Source: Waddliaceae bacterium (GTDB lineage Bacteria > Chlamydiota > Chlamydiia > Chlamydiales > SLFE01). Taken from it: a stretch of DNA of 64,000 nucleotides. The stretch covers positions 37,791 through 101,790 of the forward strand of contig CAWAPJ010000017.1 in the NCBI GenBank assembly GCA_963783885.1. The letters are read 5' to 3'. Below the pieces are notes generated by a model. The model saw nothing but the letters and a program-made list of their open reading frames with translations. It searched no databases and was not told the DNA's origin. The number at the start of each line of letters is the position of its first letter. Position 1 is the first letter of the stretch. Below, one piece after another: positions 1 to 10,067 of this stretch. Position numbers and translations under genes: made by a program.

Positions 1-236
1 GATACTAGCGCGATGGCTTTCCCTTCCTTTAATAAAGAAACGATCTCGCTTTCCCGTTTGGATTCGGAGAACTTGTGGAGGCTTTTTAGCGGCCTTTTAA
101 TGTTATACTTATTGAATAGAATCGAGCTGTGCCTGGTATCTTCGCAAAGGATAAGATCGCACGATTGCAAAATTTCAATAGCTCTGAAAGAAATATCTTT
201 CAGGTTGCCGATAGGTGTTGAAATTAAATAAAGCAT
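1..236 (-). CDS. rsmI: 16S rRNA (cytidine1402-2'-O)-methyltransferase, 5' part (runs off window start)
   Basis: Not in ORF track. Manual minus-strand translation from ATG at 236 gives MLYLISTPIGNLKDISFRAIEILQSCDLILCEDTRHS...EGKAIALVS, containing the RsmI TPIGNL and CEDTR motifs. Confidence 0.92.
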   Translation of the reverse strand, partial: MLYLISTPIGNLKDISFRAIEILQSCDLILCEDTRHSSILFNKYNIKRPLKSLHKFSESKRESEIVSLLKEGKAIALV

Positions 237-248
237 GGAAAGTTAAAA

Positions 249-320
249 AGGTGGCACCCAGATTCGAACTGGGGAATGGAAGCTTTGCAGGCTTCTGCCT
301 TACCACTTGGCTATGCCACC
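249..320 (-). tRNA. tRNA-Cys (GCA)
   Basis: Reverse complement GGTGGCATAGCCAAGTGGTAAGGCAGAAGCCTGCAAAGCTTCCATTCCCCAGTTCGAATCTGGGTGCCACCT folds as a cloverleaf with GCA anticodon and GTTCGAATC T-loop; no encoded CCA. Confidence 0.96.
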
Positions 321-411
321 CTGTTTATGTCATTAAGTATCTTATCGAATAAAAAAATATCTGACAAGTAAAAATCCTTACTCTTTACGTTTATGGCTAG
401 ACAGGATAACC

Positions 412-1728
412 TTGGCTAAGGTGAGATATCAAAATTTACATCAAATTCGCGAAGCCCTTACGCTTCCAATTGAAGGACGGGATACCTCAGTCAAGGGATT
501 TGCCGTCGACAGCAGAAAACTGGTTTCCGGACAGGTTTTTGCCGCCTTGGGGGGAGAAAAAACAGACGGGCATCAATTTCTCAGGCAGGCAAAAAAAGCG
601 GGATCTGCTGCTGCGTTAGTTTCAAAAGACTATACGGGCAGCGACTACGGGCTGCCGCTGCTTAGAGTTCCCGATCCTCTGGCAGCTTTGCAAGCGCTTG
701 CGAAGAAGGCTGTAGAGACAACTCGCATTATCGGAGTGACGGGATCGGTGGGAAAAACGACATGCAAAGAATTTATTGCCGCGATTTTAAAAACCAGGTT
801 CAAAGCAGTCTCTTCTCCCGGCAACCAAAATACAAAGATCGGGCTCCCTCTTTCCATCCTCAACCATTCGGGATACGGCGAGGAATTTTTAGTTCTCGAG
901 ATGGGAATGTCCGAAACGGGAGATATTGCCAAATTAATTGAGATCGCCCCTCCTGAGATTGCTGTTTTGACTTTTGTCTCGCTGGCCCATTCCATGAATT
1001 TTAATTCCCTTGAAGAGATTGCCTTGGCAAAAGGAGACATTTTTTCCCACCCCAAAACCCGCATTGGCGTGATGCCGGGAGAAGCGGTAGCCAAGGAGGC
1101 TCTTAAGACTATCGGCGCTTGTGAGAAACGGACGTTTTCTGTAACCTCGCCTTTGGCCGATTTTTATTTGAGCCGCACTCGAGAATTGCATCATAAGGGG
1201 CGCTTTGTCCGGGATTTGCATGTCAACCTGAAAGCAAGGCATCATCTGCACAATGCCGCGGCAGCGATTGCCGCTGCGAAAGAGTGCGGTCTTGAGTGGG
1301 AGGAGATAAGCGTCGCGCTTCCTTTATTAGAGATTCCTCAAGGAAGAGGGGAGTATGTCGAAAAAGGGGGCGTACTGTTTGTCAATGATTCCTACAATGC
1401 CAGTCCCGAATCGATGAAGGCCGCTGTGGAGTCTCTCCCTTCCCCGAAAAAAGGAGGAAAAAAGATCGCCGTACTTGGCGAAATGCTGGAACTGGGCCGG
1501 TTTTCCGAAGAGGCCCATCTTGAGATCGGTGCGTATGCGCTCGGGCATGTCGACCGCTTGTTTTGCTTAGGCGAATCTTACGAAGTATTGAAGAATAAGG
1601 AAGGGGTCGTCATTGCGAATACCAGGGAGGAGCTTATGGATTGTTTGAAATTGAATGCAGGAGACGTTGTTTTGCTCAAAGGATCAAATTCCTGCAGAAT
1701 GTGGGAAATTTTGGATAGCTATTTATGA
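412..1728 (+). CDS. murF: UDP-N-acetylmuramoyl-tripeptide--D-Ala-D-Ala ligase
   Basis: DSRK, GVTGSVGKTT P-loop, LEMGMS, NDSYNASPESM, LGEMLELG, LLKGS; directly upstream of mraY. Start codon uncertain (TTG). Confidence 0.95.
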   Translation: MAKVRYQNLHQIREALTLPIEGRDTSVKGFAVDSRKLVSGQVFAALGGEKTDGHQFLRQAKKAGSAAALVSKDYTGSDYGLPLLRVPDPLAALQALAKKAVETTRIIGVTGSVGKTTCKEFIAAILKTRFKAVSSPGNQNTKIGLPLSILNHSGYGEEFLVLEMGMSETGDIAKLIEIAPPEIAVLTFVSLAHSMNFNSLEEIALAKGDIFSHPKTRIGVMPGEAVAKEALKTIGACEKRTFSVTSPLADFYLSRTRELHHKGRFVRDLHVNLKARHHLHNAAAAIAAAKECGLEWEEISVALPLLEIPQGRGEYVEKGGVLFVNDSYNASPESMKAAVESLPSPKKGGKKIAVLGEMLELGRFSEEAHLEIGAYALGHVDRLFCLGESYEVLKNKEGVVIANTREELMDCLKLNAGDVVLLKGSNSCRMWEILDSYL

Positions 1729-2942
1729 TTTACCTTCTCGCTTACTATCTCCGAGAATCCGTCGGACTGAAAATTCCCATGGTTCTCACATATACCTCGA
1801 CGAGGATGATGCTTGCGGCGATGACAGCGCTTCTTATCAGCATCTTTATCGGTCCGCTTTTTATCAAAAAACTCTATGAGTTCAAGATCGGACAGTCAAT
1901 CAGAAAAAAGGACTGTCCTTTGCTTGGAGAGCTTCACGCAAAAAAACAAAATACGCCCACGATGGGAGGCGTTTTGATTCTGTTTTCGATGGCAGTTTCC
2001 CTTCTGCTTTGGATGGATTTGACCCATTCATTCACTCTTTTGCTTCTTCTGACGACGCTGGCTTTGGGATTGCTTGGAGGAATCGACGATTATTTAAAAA
2101 TCAAATATCAGAATGCAAAAGGGCTTTCTGCGAAAAAAAAGCTCGCTGCACAGCTTCTGATTTCAGGCCTTATTGCCTTTTATCTGTTCTATCCTCCCGT
2201 AGCGGAAAGTTTTCATAAAGGAACCTGGTTTGCCCCTCCGACGGCGAAGGATATGCGCGAATTCAAGGCATCCGAGGGTGGGCGGCAGACTGTTTTGTCT
2301 CTTCAGTCCTACTCTTCCAGACTCTACATTCCGTTTATCAAAGATCATGTCTTTGCATTTAGCGGCGGCGCTTTATTCTTTGCCGGCCTCCTGGTTATTC
2401 TAGTGATTACCGGCGCCTCCAACGCTGTCAATTTAACCGACGGCCTCGACGGACTTGCCGCGGGATGTTTGATCATGGTGGCCGTCTGTCTCGGATTGAT
2501 CGCTTTTGTATCGAACAACCAGGATCTGGCCAAGTATCTGAATATCCTCTATATTGAGGGAAGCGGCGAAATCGCCATCTATCTGTCCGCTTTTGCGGGA
2601 GCTTGTCTTGGATTTTTGTGGTACAACGCCCACCCTGCCCAAGTGTTCATGGGAGATATCGGATCTTTGACTCTGGGAGGCATCATCGGGCTGTCTGCCG
2701 TTTTGCTCAAAAGAGAGCTTCTCCTCGCCATTGTCGGCGGCATTTTTGTCGCAGAAGCCCTGTCGGTCATTCTGCAGGTGGGAAGTTATAAGCTGCGCAA
2801 TAAAAAACGGATTTTCCTCATTGCTCCGCTTCATCATCACTTTGAATACAAAGGGTGGCATGAGACTAAGGTGGTGACCCGTTTTTGGATTATCGGGTTG
2901 CTGCTCGCTATTATCGGAATCGCGTCGCTAAAATTTCAATAA
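1725..2942 (+). CDS. mraY: Phospho-N-acetylmuramoyl-pentapeptide transferase
   Basis: TPTMGG, DDYLK, NAVNLTDGLDGLA, FMGDIGSL and APLHHHFE motifs; multiple TM helices. Confidence 0.97.
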   Translation: MIYLLAYYLRESVGLKIPMVLTYTSTRMMLAAMTALLISIFIGPLFIKKLYEFKIGQSIRKKDCPLLGELHAKKQNTPTMGGVLILFSMAVSLLLWMDLTHSFTLLLLLTTLALGLLGGIDDYLKIKYQNAKGLSAKKKLAAQLLISGLIAFYLFYPPVAESFHKGTWFAPPTAKDMREFKASEGGRQTVLSLQSYSSRLYIPFIKDHVFAFSGGALFFAGLLVILVITGASNAVNLTDGLDGLAAGCLIMVAVCLGLIAFVSNNQDLAKYLNILYIEGSGEIAIYLSAFAGACLGFLWYNAHPAQVFMGDIGSLTLGGIIGLSAVLLKRELLLAIVGGIFVAEALSVILQVGSYKLRNKKRIFLIAPLHHHFEYKGWHETKVVTRFWIIGLLLAIIGIASLKFQ

Positions 2943-2952
2943 AGAGATCTCA

Positions 2953-4191
2953 GTGGTATTTACAGGAAAAAAAGCGTTAGTTGTCGGATTGGGGATCAGC
3001 GGAAGGGCCGCTTGCCGCTTTCTTTTACGCGCCGGCGCCGATGTAACGGCCTATGACCAAAAAGCGCCTTTGATTGCCGGTGAAAGCGAGGTTGAAAAAC
3101 TCGTTTCTTCCGGGCTGAAATTAACCGGAAGCCTTGATCGCTTTGATGCCGATTTTTTAATTCCGAGTCCGGGAGTTGCAAGATCCCACCCACTTTATCG
3201 GCAGGCGGCTATTGTCGGAGCCAAAATTATTGGAGAAGCCGAACTCGCGTTTTCCCATATGTCCATGCCGGCTATCGGGATCACAGGAACAAACGGCAAG
3301 ACGACTGTGACGGAAATGACGGCCCATATACTCAATGATTGCGGCCGGGCCGCCTTCCCCCTTGGCAACAATGGAGCTGCTCTTTGCGACCGGCCCCAGC
3401 AGGAGGGCATAGTTGTCGCCGAGCTTAGCTCTTACCAAATCGAGACGCTGGCAACACCGGCCTTAGACGCTGCAGTTATTTTAAATATAAGCCCTGATCA
3501 TTTAGACCGTTATGGATCAATCGAAGACTATGCCGCAGCTAAGTTCGGTCTGCAAAACATTTTAAAGCCCGGCGCCCCTTTTTACCTCCACCCGGACTTA
3601 ATCGAGCAGTATCCCTCACTGATTAATAGAAATGTCTCTTCCTATATAACCGAGGAGGCTTTGACATTCGAGGAAGAAAATCTTTTGGCCTCTTTTCATC
3701 TTGTTAAGCATTTCGGGATTTGCAAAGAGCAATTTAAAAAAAGCGTATCGACATTTCGCAAACCGCCGCATCGCCTTGAGTTTGTCAAAGAAGTCAAAGG
3801 TGTGTATTATTATAACGACAGCAAAGGGACCAACATCGACTCCGTTGTCAAAGCTGTCGGTTCTTTTTCGGGAAAAGTGATACTGATTGCCGGCGGAAAA
3901 GATAAGGGAGTGAGTTTTCAATCCTGGATTAAACCTTTTATATCGAAAATCTTATGTATTTGTGCAATTGGGGAGGCGAAAGAAAAAATTTATCGGGAGC
4001 TTTCTCCTCATTTGGCAGTGAAAAAATTTGGAACTCTGGCTGAGGCTCTCGACTACTCATCGTCAATTGCCAAAGAGGGAGAGACTGTTTTACTCTCGCC
4101 GGGATGTTCAAGTTTTGACCAGTATGCAAACTTTGAGGTAAGAGGGAATGAATTTAAAAAAATAGTCACGGAAAAATTATTTGACAATTAG
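2953..4191 (+). CDS. murD: UDP-N-acetylmuramoyl-L-alanine--D-glutamate ligase
   Basis: GLGISG, SPGV, GITGTNGKTT, ELSSYQ, DHLDRY, NDSKGTN and LLSPGCSSFDQY motifs. Confidence 0.96.
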   Translation: MVFTGKKALVVGLGISGRAACRFLLRAGADVTAYDQKAPLIAGESEVEKLVSSGLKLTGSLDRFDADFLIPSPGVARSHPLYRQAAIVGAKIIGEAELAFSHMSMPAIGITGTNGKTTVTEMTAHILNDCGRAAFPLGNNGAALCDRPQQEGIVVAELSSYQIETLATPALDAAVILNISPDHLDRYGSIEDYAAAKFGLQNILKPGAPFYLHPDLIEQYPSLINRNVSSYITEEALTFEEENLLASFHLVKHFGICKEQFKKSVSTFRKPPHRLEFVKEVKGVYYYNDSKGTNIDSVVKAVGSFSGKVILIAGGKDKGVSFQSWIKPFISKILCICAIGEAKEKIYRELSPHLAVKKFGTLAEALDYSSSIAKEGETVLLSPGCSSFDQYANFEVRGNEFKKIVTEKLFDN

Positions 4192-4275
4192 TCCAATTTT
4201 TATAATAGCTAATAATGAGTTGGTACTTATCAACTCCTACATAATTTCATAATTAATAATTATTGGAGATAAGCT

Positions 4276-4941
4276 ATGACCATCAACCGAAAAGACACCA
4301 TATTGATTGCAGTTTTGATGAACGTCGGACTGTTGACAGTCCTTTTCATCACAGCCATGAGTTTTGAGGAGGACACCCCTAAGTCTTCCTCGTCTTACGA
4401 AGAGCAAGTGGCTCAAAATCAACCATCCGGATCATCTCTGGAAACACTGCAGCTAGCCTCTACCAGCGAGTTTCCCACTGACGAAGTTGACAGCGTTCTT
4501 AAGGCCTATGAAGCCGGCAGCAGTGGAATGCCAGTGGTTCAAACTCCCCCTCTCAGACAAAATCAAGAGACTCAATTAGGACAGGACAAAAAGTATGTCG
4601 AGATCACTGTCAAACGGGGCGATTCCTTAGACCGCATTGCCCGGGCCAATAAGACGACCATCCGCGAAATCAAGAACCTCAACAATTTGACAACTGATCG
4701 TCTCAGGATCGGACAAACCCTGAAAATCCCTCTTCCCGGCCAGAGCAGCCATTCGGAAGGAAGCTCCGATATTGTTTCTTCTCAGCCCGGTACTGATTAT
4801 TATGAGCTGAAAAGCGGAGACAATCCCTGGAAAATCGCCAAGAAGTTCAACGTCAGCTATGAAAGCATCATCGAACTAAATGATCTGACGGAAACGAAAG
4901 CGAAAGGATTGAAACCGGGCGATAAAATCCGGATAAAATAA
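4276..4941 (+). CDS. nlpD: LysM-domain membrane protein (chlamydial NlpD)
   Basis: N-terminal TM (RKDTILIAVLMNVGLL), two LysM repeats (VKRGDSLDRIARAN; LKSGDNPWKIAKKF); lies between murD and ftsW as in Chlamydiae. Confidence 0.85.
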   Translation: MTINRKDTILIAVLMNVGLLTVLFITAMSFEEDTPKSSSSYEEQVAQNQPSGSSLETLQLASTSEFPTDEVDSVLKAYEAGSSGMPVVQTPPLRQNQETQLGQDKKYVEITVKRGDSLDRIARANKTTIREIKNLNNLTTDRLRIGQTLKIPLPGQSSHSEGSSDIVSSQPGTDYYELKSGDNPWKIAKKFNVSYESIIELNDLTETKAKGLKPGDKIRIK

Positions 4942-4943
4942 AT

Positions 4944-6095
4944 ATGCAACGCATTTCACTTGTGATTGTGACAAGCATCCTATTTGCGCTTGGCCTTGTT
5001 ATGATATTCAATACAACCTCGGCAGAAATTTTAGATCTCGATCTCGATCGCAGCACGCATCTTGCTATTTTCAAGCAGCTAGTGACCGGATTCATGGGAT
5101 GCGCTCTTGCCTATGTCATTGGCATAGCAGGGCTTCGACGTTTCATTCGCAGCAGTCCGGCAGGATTGCTTTTCTTGACTCTTGCCCTTGTCCTCTGTTT
5201 TGTTCCCGGAATCGGAAAAGCGGTCAATGGTTCCCATCGTTGGATTGCTCTCGGGGGCATTTCCTTTCAGCCTTCCGAATTTGTCAAATTCCTCATACCC
5301 GCTTATTTTATCGCGCGCCTTGCGAAATACAAGACGGGAAAGATTCAATTCGGAAGGTTTTTCCGAATCGCAGCGGCCGCGGCCGTTCCGATTTTACTTA
5401 TTCTGATCGAACCGAACAATGGAACCGCGGGAGTTTTGATCATGACAATCGGAGCGCTCGCCGCTTTGGCAAAAATCCCCTGGAAATACTGGGCCCTTCC
5501 TCTTTTTGCAGTTGTCCTGATCGGAGCCATCTCCGCTTGGCAGCTTCCTTATGTCCAGGCAAGGCTTAAAGTTTATCTGAATCCTGAACTGGACCTCCAG
5601 GGGAGGGGCCATCAGCCGCATCAAGCTAAGATCGCCGCCGGGTCGGGGAAATTGTGGGGAAAGGGGCCGGGAAACAGCCTTCAGAAACTCAGCTACCTAC
5701 CTGAGGCGCAAAACGACTACATCGCAGCTATTTATGCCGAGGAGTTCGGCTTTATCGGCATGTCTTTGCTCATTTTTCTTTATATGCTTTTTGCCTATTT
5801 AGGATTTTCGCTGTCCTACAATGCGGCCGGCCGCGAGGAGTGTTGGATGGCCGCATCCGTGACATTTCTCATCACCTTTCAGGCATTTTTAAATTTGGGA
5901 GTCGTTTCCGGGCTGCTTCCAAGCACTGGACTGAACCTTCCCTTCTTTAGCCAGGGGGGAAGCTCGCTTATCGCCAATATTATGGGGCTAGGATTTATTT
6001 TAAACATTCAAACCAAACAATATGATGACAAAAAAAATCATGATCGCAGTTGGGGGAACGGGAGGACATTTATTCCCCGCTCAAGCGCTTGCTGA
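4944..6095 (+). CDS. ftsW: SEDS family peptidoglycan glycosyltransferase FtsW
   Basis: NGSHRWI, FQPSEFVK, YLPEAQNDYI, EEFGFIG, LPFFSQGGSS; 3' end overlaps murG by 74 nt. Confidence 0.93.
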   Translation: MQRISLVIVTSILFALGLVMIFNTTSAEILDLDLDRSTHLAIFKQLVTGFMGCALAYVIGIAGLRRFIRSSPAGLLFLTLALVLCFVPGIGKAVNGSHRWIALGGISFQPSEFVKFLIPAYFIARLAKYKTGKIQFGRFFRIAAAAAVPILLILIEPNNGTAGVLIMTIGALAALAKIPWKYWALPLFAVVLIGAISAWQLPYVQARLKVYLNPELDLQGRGHQPHQAKIAAGSGKLWGKGPGNSLQKLSYLPEAQNDYIAAIYAEEFGFIGMSLLIFLYMLFAYLGFSLSYNAAGREECWMAASVTFLITFQAFLNLGVVSGLLPSTGLNLPFFSQGGSSLIANIMGLGFILNIQTKQYDDKKNHDRSWGNGRTFIPRSSAC

Positions 6096-7128
6096 AGAAC
6101 TCACAGAACTCGGATATGAAATCCATTTTATCGGAGGCGGGATCACCGATAATCCTTTTTTTCAGCCTAACGGAATGTCCTATGACGACATATCCTGCGC
6201 TCCCATTTCCGCCGGCAATCCCTTCAAGCTCTTTGGCTCAGGGGTCAAGATCTCAAGAGGCGCTTTGCAAAGCTTCAAGATAATGCGCCCAAGCCGTCCC
6301 CATTTGGTTGTCGGCTTTGGCAGCTATCACACCTTTCCCGCTTTGCTCGGAGCCAAGGCGCTTGGAGTCCCGATCATTTTGCACGAGGCCAATTCCGTTC
6401 CCGGCAAGGTCAACCGCCTTCTATCGCCTCACGTCTTAAAAACCGCCGTCCACTTTTCGTCCGCAAAACAGCACCTCAAAGGCGACGTTTGCCAGGCAGG
6501 GCTGCCGCTGAGAAAATCCCTGACGCAAAATCCTATTACAAAAGAGGAGGCCCTAAACCATTTTTCTTTCGAGAAAGACTGGCCGACCCTACTTGTATTC
6601 GGGGGATCGCAAGGGGCCCTTGAGATCAACAAGATCGTTAAAGAAGCTGTATTAACCTATGTGTGGAAACAGATTCGCAAACTGCAAATTCTCCACTTCA
6701 CCGGCGAGGGGAAGCTGTCAGAAGAGATTGCCGCAGCTTATGAAAAAGCCGGCATTCCTCATGTCGTAAAACCCTTTGAAGAGCGCATCGAATATGCCTG
6801 GAAGGCGGCCGATCTTGCTATCACCCGTTCCGGCGCCTGTTCTCTTGCCGAGCAAACCGAGTTTGCCGTTCCGGGAATTCTTATACCCTATCCTTGGGCG
6901 ACGGACAACCATCAAGAAAAAAACGCCGATGCCTTTATTGAATTGACTCAAGGGGCTGTCAAACTACCTCAAAAAAAATTAACCCCGGCAAAGCTGGGGC
7001 TGGCTCTTTGCGGATTTTTGAGGGACCCGGAAAAACTTCAGACCATGCGGCAAAATATTGCCGCCTACAGGGATTCAGTCAAATACCAAACCCTTTCCCG
7101 ATTGATTTGCGAGATGTTAACCGATTGA
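6022..7128 (+). CDS. murG: Undecaprenyl-PP-MurNAc-pentapeptide GlcNAc transferase
   Basis: GGTGGHLFPA, HEANSVPGKVN, FGGSQGA, RSGA and HQEKNA motifs. Confidence 0.96.
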   Translation: MMTKKIMIAVGGTGGHLFPAQALAEELTELGYEIHFIGGGITDNPFFQPNGMSYDDISCAPISAGNPFKLFGSGVKISRGALQSFKIMRPSRPHLVVGFGSYHTFPALLGAKALGVPIILHEANSVPGKVNRLLSPHVLKTAVHFSSAKQHLKGDVCQAGLPLRKSLTQNPITKEEALNHFSFEKDWPTLLVFGGSQGALEINKIVKEAVLTYVWKQIRKLQILHFTGEGKLSEEIAAAYEKAGIPHVVKPFEERIEYAWKAADLAITRSGACSLAEQTEFAVPGILIPYPWATDNHQEKNADAFIELTQGAVKLPQKKLTPAKLGLALCGFLRDPEKLQTMRQNIAAYRDSVKYQTLSRLICEMLTD

Positions 7129-7143
7129 GTGAAATGTGGGATA

Positions 7144-9867
7144 CTATTCGACTTTTTCTTTGCCCTTGTCTTTTTTTGGCGGGGGAGGGGGTTCGCGCTT
7201 GAGCGCCTCTTCTAGTCGAGAGGTTTTTGTTTCAGGTGTTGCTTCTGCTTCAGTTTTAGGAGGTCTTTCGGGTAGAGATGGAGCTTCTTGAGTTTTTTCT
7301 CTTGGTTCTAATTTTAGTGAAGTTTCATAAAATTGATCTTCATTTGTTTTTAATTCAGCATTTAATTCCTGCTCGGATAGGTTGGTTTTAAAATCGAGAT
7401 AGGTTGGTGAAGATAATTCAGGTTGATCAGATTGAAATATTCTTGCTTGTGCATTTTCTAGTGTTCCAAAAATTTTCTTTAAACCACTTAAAAATTGAGG
7501 ATTTATTTTTCTAACTCCTTGATCTAAAAATTCGCTTTCTGTTTCTTTGAGCGCAGTCATATGTTTCATTAAGATGCTAATAGGAGGTAGCACAACATTT
7601 TTTTTATCGCCTTCCTTTTGCTGCATTGCTTTAGTTAAAGCTTTATTATTATGTCCAGGATCAAAGAGGTCTTTCAGGTCATAAAAGTCATTTAGTGATT
7701 TCTCATTTAGTTTGTTGAATGTGAGCTTCAGTCTTGAGATAGCCACTCCGTTTAAACCTAAGTAAATGGCATATGCGCTATTGAAATCTGCTTTAGCAGC
7801 AAGTTGTTTGGCTGCGTTGATATAAAATGCAGTGATTTTTGCTCTTTGTTCAGGACTTTTGCCTTGCAAGATCGATTTAGGAACAATATTGCCGCTAAGC
7901 ATCCGAAATCTTTGAACAATTTCGGCATAAGATCCCACCGCTTCTTTGGGGGCGAAGTCCTCAATTCGCAGTTTTTCATAGAGATTCAAATCTTCAGCAA
8001 GAAGAGTGCTGGAAAGAGACTCGGTCAATTGTTTTGTGGCAGCATCATCGGCTTTAATGATTTCAGAAGAGAGACTCGCCGGATCTAGTAGATTTTGAGC
8101 GGTCGTTGGTACAGCCGCGGCTGTGCCGGAGGGCTCGCTTAAGAAATAAGGAGCGACGTAGCTATACCCTTTGTTTTCTGTTAATTCATCTTCGGTTATG
8201 TATTTTTTTCTGCTTATATTTAATAACAACTTATCGGCTTTTTGAAACCAATTTTCATCTTTGAGTAAAATGATTTGTTTTTGAATATGATTCAAGGATT
8301 CAGGGTTTGTCGTTTTTGAAATTTGATCTGAAAAAGAATTGACAACTGCCTCTTGAACATCTTGCAATATTGATTGATTGAGTACTTGTTTTTGTGTTTT
8401 TGTTAGAAAATGATTCATTTCAAATTCCTGTGTCATTTTTTGAATTTCATCCATAGCACTCTTTAAATGTTCTGTATTAGAAATGAAATCATCTTTGATG
8501 ATATTCGGCGATTTGTAAAGTTTTTCCTTTATGCTCTCAATAAGATCATTGAGATTATCAGCATTTTTTGAGGATAATAATCTTATTATATCCTCAACAT
8601 CACTTTGTTCAAACCAGCTTGAGTCGATTTTAGATTCAATACGACTAAGTTCTTCAGGATTATCAGTTTTTGCAGCTTGATCGGTGTAATGTTTTAGCAT
8701 GGCTGTTTTTGCCTCTTGTTTCAGCTGGGGGATAACTTTATCTCTAAGTATTTTATTATCTTGCAGGAATGAATGACTTTTTAAACGTTTGCGAGTTTTA
8801 TCAATATGGTCAAATATTTTTTGCATTTTTTCCGGGTCATCTAGCAGTTCCTGCTTAAATTTTCCATCAGGATTTTTTAGCCATCTATTGAATGAACTTG
8901 TAATCGTTTCCCTTGAAAATTTTTGCATGAAAAGATTCCAGACTTTCTTTGCAGCCGATCGAATTTTCGCTCCAATTGATTGCAGTTTTTCAGAATGAAC
9001 TTTTTGAACCCTTTCCTCTAGATGTAGCACAGGATATTCCTCAGTAAGCTGAGGTGGCGGAGGGCCGACCAATTCCTCAAAATTGTCCACAGCTTCCTCA
9101 ACAGATGTGGCGGTGGATTGCAGTTGCTCTTTTCCCTTTTGAAGATCGACTTGAGGTTTTTTGCTGCGATCAACTAAAGGAGAACTCTCGGCAGTTGCCG
9201 GTTGCAATACTTCAGCCCTGCCTGTCAATGGGAGTAGTGAAAGCAATTCTCTATAATCTTCAATGCCTTCGTCAAAATCTTCGCGGAGTGTTTTTTGAGG
9301 TATCTCTTCGAGTCCTGCAATCAAGTCCAGGTTTTCTAATTCTTGTTCAACATCGGACTCTTCAACAATCGGTATTAATTCCTTTATTTTTTCTCTAACT
9401 TTTTGCTGAATTGGCACAACTAGTTTTGCATAACTCAGCAAATCAGCTTCTGTTCTGTCTTTTCCTGAATAACTTTCGCTGTGAAAGAATTCATAAAAAT
9501 GGTCGATCGTTGTTTTTAGCCTTTTCAGTGCGGATAATTGTTCTTTTTCATCAAGTTCTAATATATGGTCAAAATCTTCTTTAAAGGATTGACTCATGGT
9601 CACTTCATCTGGTTCATGAAACATGTGTTTATTTGCTGCGAGTTCGGATTTCATTTCTCCAGTGTTGTTGGGAGTTTTAGAAGATACCCTTGAAGGACTT
9701 CTAAATCGCCCGCTACTTTTCGAAAGATCCAAGCTTTTTAGAAGTTTTTGAACGGTGTTTTCTATTTTGCTTGCCGTATCCGTCTTCTTCGTTTTTGTTG
9801 GAGGTGGCAGTGATTTACTATAATTTCTTTGGATGGAAGGGCCTTCTTCACTTAAATTTGGTCCCAT
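7144..9867 (-). CDS. Putative secreted effector with C-terminal RasGEF (CDC25-like) domain
   Basis: 907 aa. Low-complexity S/K/P-rich N-terminus; C-terminal region RAKITAFYINAAKQL..ADFNSAYAIYLGLNGVAISRLKLTF..LKDLFDPGHNNKAL..VLPPISILMKHMTAL..KINPQF follows the RasGEF catalytic-domain consensus (RA..I.FI..A..L.NFNS..AI..GL....I.RLK.TW..N....PF....L.D....IN..K). Confidence 0.75.
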   Translation of the reverse strand: MGPNLSEEGPSIQRNYSKSLPPPTKTKKTDTASKIENTVQKLLKSLDLSKSSGRFRSPSRVSSKTPNNTGEMKSELAANKHMFHEPDEVTMSQSFKEDFDHILELDEKEQLSALKRLKTTIDHFYEFFHSESYSGKDRTEADLLSYAKLVVPIQQKVREKIKELIPIVEESDVEQELENLDLIAGLEEIPQKTLREDFDEGIEDYRELLSLLPLTGRAEVLQPATAESSPLVDRSKKPQVDLQKGKEQLQSTATSVEEAVDNFEELVGPPPPQLTEEYPVLHLEERVQKVHSEKLQSIGAKIRSAAKKVWNLFMQKFSRETITSSFNRWLKNPDGKFKQELLDDPEKMQKIFDHIDKTRKRLKSHSFLQDNKILRDKVIPQLKQEAKTAMLKHYTDQAAKTDNPEELSRIESKIDSSWFEQSDVEDIIRLLSSKNADNLNDLIESIKEKLYKSPNIIKDDFISNTEHLKSAMDEIQKMTQEFEMNHFLTKTQKQVLNQSILQDVQEAVVNSFSDQISKTTNPESLNHIQKQIILLKDENWFQKADKLLLNISRKKYITEDELTENKGYSYVAPYFLSEPSGTAAAVPTTAQNLLDPASLSSEIIKADDAATKQLTESLSSTLLAEDLNLYEKLRIEDFAPKEAVGSYAEIVQRFRMLSGNIVPKSILQGKSPEQRAKITAFYINAAKQLAAKADFNSAYAIYLGLNGVAISRLKLTFNKLNEKSLNDFYDLKDLFDPGHNNKALTKAMQQKEGDKKNVVLPPISILMKHMTALKETESEFLDQGVRKINPQFLSGLKKIFGTLENAQARIFQSDQPELSSPTYLDFKTNLSEQELNAELKTNEDQFYETSLKLEPREKTQEAPSLPERPPKTEAEATPETKTSRLEEALKREPPPPPKKDKGKEKVE

Positions 9868-10067
9868 AATAAGCCTAAATTTATTAAATTATTATATCTA
9901 TATTAATATTATAGCATTACTAATAATTTATTATTAAATAAAAATTTATTTAATTCATAAAAAGGTATTGATTTTTGGGAGGGATTTGGGTACTTTTTAG
10001 GTCAAAAATGGGTGGGATATGACAGCAAACGACCTAAAAAAGTGCTATTTTATCGGTCTACGGTGTC

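Noticed and set aside
13-231. 72-aa + strand ORF
   Set aside because: Shadow of rsmI on the minus strand, which has clear family motifs.
4181-4206. TTGACA...TATAAT upstream of nlpD
   Set aside because: Spacer is only 14 nt, so not a canonical sigma66 promoter; not called.
6022-6095. 74-nt ftsW/murG overlap as a possible frameshift error
   Set aside because: Both proteins have complete motifs, and as I recall a similar overlap occurs in Chlamydia; not treated as an anomaly.
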